DNA of 64,000 nt from Octopus vulgaris (lineage: Eukaryota), in assembly GCA_951406725.2 (NCBI GenBank), contig OX597817.1, positions 131,254,001-131,318,000 on the forward strand, in the 5' to 3' direction. How positions within the stretch are numbered: position 1 is the first letter of the stretch; every line of letters starts with the position of its first letter. Both the position numbers and the translations under genes were made by a program. Below, piece after piece: positions 55,406 to 64,000 of the stretch. The notes below the pieces were generated by a model. It saw only the letters and a program-made list of their open reading frames with translations. It did not search any database and was not told where the DNA came from.

Positions 55406-55754
55406 TATATTGTTGAATTTACCTGTATCTACCTGCAATTAGAGTCACTTTGTGACAAAAATTATAGTATAGAATTGGTTGAGGACATTTCATTAAATTA
55501 TCTTCCAAAAATCACATTAATATATTGATAAATAAAAAAGTTATAGTTGTTTAATGAAACCAGACTAAATTTATGATTACGTTAGAAATTAATTGAAACA
55601 CATAAGGGGTGTATTTTGGTCAGAAATATAGTAACGAACGGATTAAGAAAAACCAAAAAATATTTTATTCTTTATAAATGTTGTATTCAAAATAACATTT
55701 TCTTTTAAGAATGCGTATATAACAAAGTATGTGTATATAACTACGTGGCTTATA

Positions 55755-56150
55755 TCTTTATATATAAGAGTGAAGTTGTGTGTCTGTCTCCTACGATTTA
55801 GATTCCTAACTACTCCCACATTTTGCGGTGCAGTGTAACCAAAACCGGGTATCTTATAGTCGTGATTCATATCGAGCCCTTTTGGGTATTAGCGCGCGTC
55901 TACGATGAATCTACGATTTAAAAAAATTTACCATCATATTTTTCCATTTTAATGCATTTTTTCGCTATTATATAAGGGAAGTAACTCTCTAAAAATATCT
56001 ACGATGTGTCAACGATTTAAAAAGAAATTTACCTTAATTTTTTTTCCATTTTTTATGCATTTTTTTCCTATTTTTTGGCTATAACTCTCTAAAAATGCTT
56101 ATATAGTTATTTCCCTTACAAACCCGAGCAACGCCGGGCGATACTGCTAG
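55755..56150 (+). mobile_element. Short non-autonomous Helitron
   Basis: A|TCTTTATATATA 5' end; cccgagcaacgccggg hairpin then CTAG|T. Confidence 0.8.
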
Positions 56151-56177
56151 TATATATATATAATTATATATATATAT

Positions 56178-56416
56178 AAAATATCGTATACATTAAACAC
56201 ATTAAGAGGCTTCCATCATAGGAAAGCTTTGTGCTAGAAAGGGCATTAGAAAACTCAGACCACTAATTAGGGATAAATTCTCGAAAGGATTGAAAATTAA
56301 AAACATTTACCATCTAATTTATTTCCTAGACTATGGTTTCTGACTACTGCTCTTTCTAGCACAAGGCTTTCCTATGATGGAAGCCTCTTAATGTGTTTTA
56401 ATGTACACGATATTTA
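56178..56416. repeat. Imperfect inverted repeat (foldback) next to (TA)n
   Basis: cattaagaggcttccatcataggaaagc..gtgctagaaag versus ctttctagcac..gctttcctatgatggaagcctcttaatg. Confidence 0.8.
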
Positions 56417-56505
56417 TTATATGAATAATATATATTCTATTGACAAATTTTTGTTGTGCTAGGCCATTGGTAATAATAATTTCTATAATTCTTATTACCC
56501 TAATA

Positions 56506-59500
56506 TCTCTCTATATATAAACGGCAAAATGTCTGTCTGTGTGTGTCTGTCCTTTATACAAATCCACATTTTTCCAGTTAGAGGGCTCGCACTTTCTATG
56601 GTCATTCAAAACCGCCCAAGGGTGGTCGTGCACATCTTTACATTTCCCCAGTCACCCCGCAAAGCCATTAAAAATCAATTGAAGTGACTTTTTTGTGAAT
56701 TTTCTATCCAAAATCCAATCAAAATGCCCAAAACTTGATACGCCAGTTGAATGCCAGCTAGCTGTATGTGATTGGTCGGTGATTTGGACAGTACTAGCGT
56801 GCATGTGCGCACGCACGCAGCTGTATATGCATGCATGACTCAATGCGCAAGCTAAGAGGCCAGTTTATGAACACGTGAGAAATAATTAATTAAAGAATAC
56901 GGCTAAGTGAATGCCAAGAAAAAGCGGGAATTTCATGAAAGGCCAAATATGCTTGCTATGCTATCATTCTTGAAGTATGCCATAAGGGAGTTGGAGCCTA
57001 TTTAATGTCTCTACTTAAGAAGTGCTTTCAATTGATAAAAATTATCCAGCGAGTTGAACCCTTAAGGGATTTTTCGAAACGTTTCTTTGCTTGCATAAAT
57101 ATAGCGGCTTTATTTAGCTACAGATCGAATCATTTGATATCTACATAGCTGATACTTAGGATTATCAGGTTGATCTTTTCGGTGAAGAATTCCTAAGCTG
57201 GTTCGAATTGACCAAAATTGTCAATTGATCAGTAGCACGACAATTAACCTAACGAGGAGAGGTCGTGCTGTTTGCAATCTTTTAGCCTTACCCAGAATTT
57301 TGTTCGAACCATTTTTGGTTCTACCAATGGTAGCCATCAAGCAGATGAACATGGCTACAATTCATAGACAATTCAAGGCCAGAGCTCACGAATTTTTCTG
57401 TACTGCCTTTAATAAGGCTTCACAACCAACGCTTCATTATAACATTCCCGTAGGTCTTTCTTGTGCACGAGAGATTCACGGGATCATCAAACGGGTGATG
57501 GAAAATGTCTCAACATTTACGCTCCCACCTAATAACCTGTGCATTAAACGCCTAACTAAGCTTTTTCCCGCGTATTCTCGCGTAGACAATTAGTCACGCT
57601 CCTGAGGATGACCTTGGACGTATGCGTGCGTGCGTGTACTGGCCATGACAATGCAACGCTGCTGAGGCCGTGTATAACCGTTCAACCTTGAACGCGCGGC
57701 CTAGAACATTACCCAATCAGATTCAATGCACTGATTAAATGTGAGGATTTATGCTTTGGCGCCCAGACTCCAACGCTTTTCACAATCACTCTTTGCGGTT
57801 CGGTTATCGTTACTGACCGCAAGTTCTCTGTTCATTCATAACGCTACACTATACTTATCAGGTTTATTTGGGTTGCCCGGTCATATTTTTGCCAAGCAAC
57901 TTATCAATTAACACTGCTGCATTTTGCTTCCCCTTTTGCTTAAAATAACCGTTTTGTGTTTGAAATCAGTACACGCTTTAAGTATTACCTAAATAAGTTT
58001 TGAGTATTGACTAAATAAACTATTGGTCGATATCGGCATCCTATTTTTAACATAAGAAAACATTTTTTCGTTTGAAATCACTTTTTGATTACTGTGTTTT
58101 GACCAGCCAATATTTCTCCTATTTTTAACTACCCTTTGTTTGCCAGTCGGTTCTCACTTTTGCCATTTTCGTTTTGTTGTGTAATTCACTAAACCTGAAA
58201 AAGTGTGGTAACGTTTGTTCGAAATTAGTTACTTCATTCCACATTTCCAGTTAACCTACATTTTTTTGATTGACCAAAATGCTCCCAAAGAAGAGACCTC
58301 GCATTTGGGAGAAGGACGGCTGGTTCAGAGGCTAAGAGGGCCAGAATGGCCAATGAAGAGCCCCAAGACAGATCTATTCGATTAGCTTGGAATGCTGCTG
58401 CCACGGCCACCGCAAAGGATGTCGAAACTCCAGAACAAACACAGGCCCACCGTTCTCGGAATGCTGCTGCCACGGCCACCGCAAGGGTTGCTGAAACTTC
58501 AGAACAAACACAGGTCCACCATTCTCAAGATGCTGCTGCCACGGCCACCGCAAGGGATGCCGAAACTCCAGAACAAACACACGCCCGCCGTTCTCAAGAT
58601 GCTGCTACCACGGCCATCGCGTGATCAACAGAAAACTCCGAGCGGAGGCGCACAAGATTGCAGGCTACAACTGCACGACGAGAGGAAAAGATTAAAATTT
58701 CAAGCCCAAAGCCTAAATTCTGGGGCATGAAGGCATTCAACTACGTTCCGACGACGAATTACTCTTCTCGCACCGACATTCGCATTGGAAATATGCGCTC
58801 AATCTGCGAACACTGCAAGGCTATGAAATGGCCCGGTGAAACGTCCGGCATGTACTGTTCCAATGGCAAAGTCCAGCTCCCTCCTCTTCGAGACCCTCCA
58901 CAGCCTCTTCGGGACCTTCTCGCTGGCACTGCACCAAGTTCATCGGACTTCCTACAAGCCATTCGGACCTACAATTCTGCATTCCAGATGACTTCTTTCG
59001 GCGCCAAAGTTGTCCAGGAACAAGGGTGGATGCCAACATTCAAAGTTCAAGGTCAGGTGTACCACCTGATTGGATCTTTGCTTCCAAGAGACAACAACTC
59101 ACCGGCGTTTTTGCAGTTATATTTCATCTCCGACTACGATAGGCAGGCCGCTGCTAGAGAAGCCATCTTCCCACAACGCAGAGGTAACAACCAAGACTCT
59201 CCAACTTTCAACAGAGAGGTTCTTCTGGGGCTTCAAAATATGTCCCATGACAACAACACGTATATTACGAGCTTGAAGTACGCCCTGGAATCAACGGATT
59301 CACCCAACTTCAAAATCATCATTGATGCCAACAGTCGACCGTCTGGCGAACATCCCGGCCGATACGATGCTCCCACGTGCAATGAGGTGGCAGTTCTTCT
59401 GCATGGAGACTAATCCAACCCAAGAGACGTAGTCATCGCAAAACATGGTGGTGACCTTCAGAGGATTCGAGAAACCCATCGCTCCTATGACGCGTTACAA

Positions 59501-62500
59501 TACCCACTACGTTTTGCCTACGTTGAAGATGGGTACCATTTCGGGATTCCGCTTCACCAACCAGATGACCCTTCTGAAACGTTGGAAAAGACAGTAACGT
59601 CGAGGGCATTCTACGCCTACCGCTTCATGCTTCGCACAAACAATTTCAACAATCTGCACCGAACAAGGGATCTGTTCCACCAGTTTGCCGTCGACATGGG
59701 TGCCAAGGTAGAATCCGAACGACTGGCTTACATGAAAATACATCAAAGAGAACTTCGTTCCGACAGTTACGCCTGCCTTCGCGATGGACTTCAAAGCGAC
59801 GCGAACCCTCGTGACCTCGCCTCGGGAAGTCTTGCCTACTTCCATCAACTTTTACAGGGTGGGGCGATACATGTACGAACGCACACAGGATATGTTCACG
59901 TACGTCCTTCAATTTGGCCGACCGGACCTTTTTATAACTTTCACGTGTAATCCCAGGTGTGTTGAAATTACGCGTGAATTGCATATCAATGTGGAGTTCT
60001 GCGGCTCCATATCGGCGATCAGATACCTTTTCAAATACGTTAACAAAGGTTCAGACGCAGCCGCTTTTGGACTCCAAAGTGCCAGTGAGCGTGATAAAAT
60101 AACCGATTACAGCTCCGCCCGTTACCTGAGCACTGGCGAGGCCTTCTGGCGGATTTTCATTCTTTCAATCCACCACAGGAATCCGCCTGTCACTAAGTTG
60201 GCGGTTCATTTAGAAAATGACCAGCAAGTCTTCTTCACCGAAGGCAATACTGCTCAGTTGGCTGCCCAACCGAAGGACACAAACCTCACTGCGTTCTTCA
60301 AACTGTGAACAAAAAGACCCGTTTGCCAAGCAACTGCTGCACCCGAACGTTCCGTCCTATTATAAGTGGGAAAAAAGCTTGGGTGCGTAAAATAAAGAGA
60401 GAACCTGTCGCCGTTTTCCCGGACGTTAAGAAATCGACTTCCCTTGCTAGGGTCCACATGGTGCCACCGACTTTTAAAGAATGTTTTTATTTGCGGCTTC
60501 TCCTTCATGAAGTTGTCGGACCGTAAAGTTTTGCGGACATTCGCACGGTGCATGATGTAGTCCATGACACCTACCGGGCTGCCTGCCTACAGCGTGAGCT
60601 TCTCGATGATGATTTGCAGTGGTATAGGGCCTTAGGCCAAGGGGTTCTGCGAAACTCACCGAAAAGCTTGCTTGAACATTGAAATCGAGGATGATCTGAT
60701 CGACATGGGTGCTGGAGCGCTGAGCACATTCGGCCTGCCACCTGCAATCAGAGGGCGTTGTAACTTTTGGACCGAAATTAAACCAGGAGCTTTCCTATGA
60801 CGTGGACAAACTTGCACTATTCATCGGGGAAAATGAACCCAAACTCTTGGACGATCAACGGCGGGAGTAGGATGCGGTCGTTCATGCCGTCAATCAAGGG
60901 GCGGGTGGAATTTTCTTTCTCGAGGTTCCCGGAGGCACTGGCAAAACTTTCGTAACTAAATTAATTCTTGCTCGGGTTCGTCGAGACAAGAAAATTGCAC
61001 TGGCCGTGGCAATCTCGGGCCTTGCGGCTACGTTGCTGCCGGGTGGAAGGACAGCGCATTCTACATTTAAACTGCCTTTGGATTTGGTAAGGTCCGAGGC
61101 TCCAACGTGTAATATTAAAAAAAAAATCTGATGACGCAGACGTCCTGAAACGTTGTCATTTGATTGTATGGGATGAGTGCACCATGGCACATAAGGGTGC
61201 TCTTGAAGCCATGGATAGGTGCTTGAGAGATACAAGGGACTCCTTCGCCGTTATTGGCAGTGTGGTCGTATTGCTTTCGGGGGACTTCCGCCAAACACTC
61301 CCCATCATCCCTAAGGGCGCCAGGACTGATGAGGTCCAAGCGTGCTTAAAGTCTTCCGAGTTATGGACAAAAGTGGGTACACATCGGTTAGAAACAAACA
61401 TGTGCGCCCACTTACTCGGTGACGCAGCCTCTGCATCGTTTGCTGCTGACCTTTTAGACCTTGAGGAAGGGAAGATTCCCAAAAATAATAAGGGTGAAAT
61501 CCCCATCTCGCACTTTTGCAGTTCAGTTGAACGCCCTTCCGACCTCTATGACTCGGTTTTCCCGGATTTGCAAAACAAGTATGCCGACATGGCATATCTC
61601 AGCGAATGAGCCATCTTGGCTCCTAAAAACGTTTCCATAGATGACATCAACGAACAACTCCTCAACCGAATTCTGCGTGAGGAACGTGTCTACAAGTCCA
61701 TTGACAGAATCCCAGACTCACAGGAAGCTGCTCAAATCCCGATCGAGTTGTTGCACGCTTTGATGCCATCAGGGCTGCCACCTCACACTCTGCGGCTGAG
61801 AGTGGGCTGTCCCATCGTGCTAATCCGGCATTTGCGTCCGCCGACACAGTGCAATGACACGCGATTGGTCGTCAAGTCATTGTCCAATGACTTGATTGAA
61901 GCGATCATCATAACGGGACAAGGAAAGAGGGAAACCGTGTTCATTGCAAGAATGGACATATTTTCTGCGCCATCAGACATTCCCTTTACTTTCCGCCGGG
62001 CGCAATTTCCGGTGAAGCTTTGCTTTGCGATGTCAATTAACAAATCGCAGGGACAGACACTCTCAATCGCGGGACTACATTCGGGCAAGCCCTGCTTTTC
62101 ACATGGGCAACTTTATGTTGCCTGCTTCCGCGTTGGAAGTAAGAATGCCCTGTTTGTATATGCCCCTGTGGGTAAAACCAGAAATTAAGCATGTTTAACG
62201 GACTATAGGACCCTTTTTGTGAAAGATGTCGGCAAGTTTTGGTTAGTTACCACTATGCGGATCCCCATACCTACATTCTTCAATGGTCCTTAACCTTTTG
62301 CAGTCGTACTCCTTCGAAAAATACAAGCCACAGCCCTGTCATAGGTATAGAAACCCTAGGATGGGTTACTGATAGATCGGGATTAGAAGCTGCCTACTAG
62401 AGGCTCCCGAGCCGCCTTCCATAAGGTTAGTCTAGGTTTTAGTTGAAGGCATTGCTTTGCGATGTCAATTAACAAATCGCAAGGACAGACACTCTCAATC

Positions 62501-62603
62501 GCGGGAGTACATTCGGGCGAGCCCTGCTTTTCACATGGGCAACTTTATGTTGCCTGCTCCCGCGTTGGAAGTAATAATGCCATGTTTGTATATGCCCCCT
62601 GTG
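56506..62603 (+). mobile_element. Decayed autonomous Helitron (RepHel pseudogene ~58279-62188)
   Basis: A|TC 5' end. CEHCKA..NGKVQLP, YNSAFQMTSFG, FKVQGQVYH, FITFTCNP, YLFKYVNKG (Rep). GGTGKT, GRTAHS, IVWDE, GDFRQ, INKSQGQT, HGQLYVA (PIF1 helicase). Many stops; no clear 3' CTAG. Confidence 0.95.
58391..58620 (+). repeat. 69-bp (23-aa) coding tandem repeat in RepHel N-terminus
   Basis: Units at 58391, 58460, 58529 and a partial one at 58598: NAAATATAKDVETPEQTQAHRSR. Confidence 0.9.
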
Positions 62604-63167
62604 TTCCGAACCTAACCTCCTTCGTTTCAGTGGATCGGGACCCCATTTTAGCCTTCCGGCGAAAAGATATACCTCTTATTTATACCATTGAAACCTTGAG
62701 TCTTCTATCCTTTCATACGTTATTAACTTTGAACTATTCACCTTATTTTGTTACCTCCTGCCATGTGTCATACACAAAATCACTTTGAATGCTGTTTTTG
62801 TTCTCTTCTTGCTCTGCCTTTTCGCCGGAATCAGCACCACTTTCCCATCATCGCTATAAACTCATACAGGACGAGGAGGTTAGGTGAGGGGTGGTTGGTG
62901 TCAAAAGGGTTGGCATGTGCAACTCGATCACCTCTGCCAGTCAAACTCCCAACCCATGCGTTCCCGTCGCGACACTGATTGCGCAGAACTGGGTTGGGTG
63001 TGAAACCAAACCTTACAAACCCCTCATATAAACCTCCAACTAGCTTAAAAGCAACAAACCTGGCCCGGGATATATATATATAACAAAGTGAAGTTATAAG
63101 ATACCGTACGAGTGGAAATATATATGAAAGAAGGTTTGAAAATGCAATTTCAAAAGTTGCTTATTCA

Positions 63168-63207
63168 CTTGACCGGTTTCACTTTTTTAGAAAAAGATTG
63201 TCAAAAG
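63168..63207 (-). ncRNA. Minimal hammerhead with U3-A8 core variant
   Basis: ctt-TTGACAA-t-cttttt(cta)aaaaag-t-GAAA-ccgg-TC-aag. Confidence 0.65.
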
Positions 63208-63548
63208 GAAAATGTAAGAGCTTTGTAAAAGCTTTGTTGTGTTAAATACTGGTTGTTACAAAATATTACAATACATATATACATTCGTGTTGGGGGTTAT
63301 CTTTACTTTGCTATCTCTCCTACTTCTTCGCTCTCGTGTGTGACCCTTTTGTCCGAAGTCAGTCGCCATGATAGATCGTTAGCCACTAAATACATTTTTT
63401 TCTCTCCTTGTTTCTCTCCTTGTATTTTTCTGTGTCCCTTTAGGTAGAAGAGCGTAGGCTCGAAACGTAAAAGATTTTTCTATTCCTAAATACATCTGTT
63501 TAATTTGTACACCACCTATCTTCGTCTTTTGTTTTTTTCGTAAACTAT

Positions 63549-63619
<71 letters not shown>

Positions 63620-63624
63620 AGTGG

Positions 63625-64000
63625 CTATAGGTGCAGGAGTGGCTGTGTGGTAAGTAGCTTGCTTCCCAACCACATGGTTCCGGGCTCAATCCCACTGCAT
63701 GGCATCTTGGGCAAGTGTCTTCTGCTATAGCCCCGGGCCGACCAATGCCTTGTGAGTGGATTTGGTAGACGGAAACTGAAAGAAGCCTGTCGTATATATA
63801 TATATCTATATATATATATGTGTGTGTGTGTGTTTGTGTGTCTGTGTTTGTCCCCCTAGCATTGCTTGACAACCGATGCTGGTGTGTTTACGTCCCCGTT
63901 ACTTAGCGGTTCGGCAAAAGAGACCGATAGAATAAGTACTGGGCTTACAAAGAATAAGTCCTGGGGTCGATTTGACCGACTAAAGGCGGTGCTCCAGCAT
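63625..64000 (+). mobile_element. tRNA-derived SINE (runs off window end)
   Basis: A-box TGGCTGTGTGG, B-box-like GGCTCAATCCC, core cttgggcaagtgtcttct; at least five other copies or fragments in the window (including ~35455-35550 and ~53715-53935). Confidence 0.85.

Noticed and set aside
63438-63473. Hammerhead-like cttt..gagc(gtag)gctc-GAAA-cg-TA-aaag
   Set aside because: The stems fit, but the CUGANGA core is replaced by AGGTAGA; at most a dead copy.

Overview
AT-rich, microsatellite-saturated animal genomic DNA. It is most likely an octopus/coleoid cephalopod, which I infer from the tRNA-derived SINE families and the (TA)n/(CA)n/(TATG)n load. Nearly all of the window is decayed transposons: two CR1-type LINEs, RTE, Tx1/L1 and R4/Dong fragments, many Penelope-like element (PLE) remnants, a DD34E Tc1, mariner, hAT and piggyBac pieces, four non-autonomous Helitron-like units and one decayed RepHel Helitron. 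No TE ORF2 or transposase is intact. Three things lie outside the ORF track. (1) A phase-consistent 4-exon minus-strand gene model (12791->8499) encodes a 94-aa signal-anchored protein with a KR site, a Thr/Pro microexon and a two-Cys C-terminal peptide. (2) About a dozen type I hammerhead ribozyme motifs sit in PLE pseudo-LTRs, including core variants, very long stem II forms and near-perfect foldback hairpins embedded in (TA)n. (3) A ~3 kb + ~3 kb inverted duplication spans 41157-49186. All calls come from reading the sequence by eye; no searches or folding were run.
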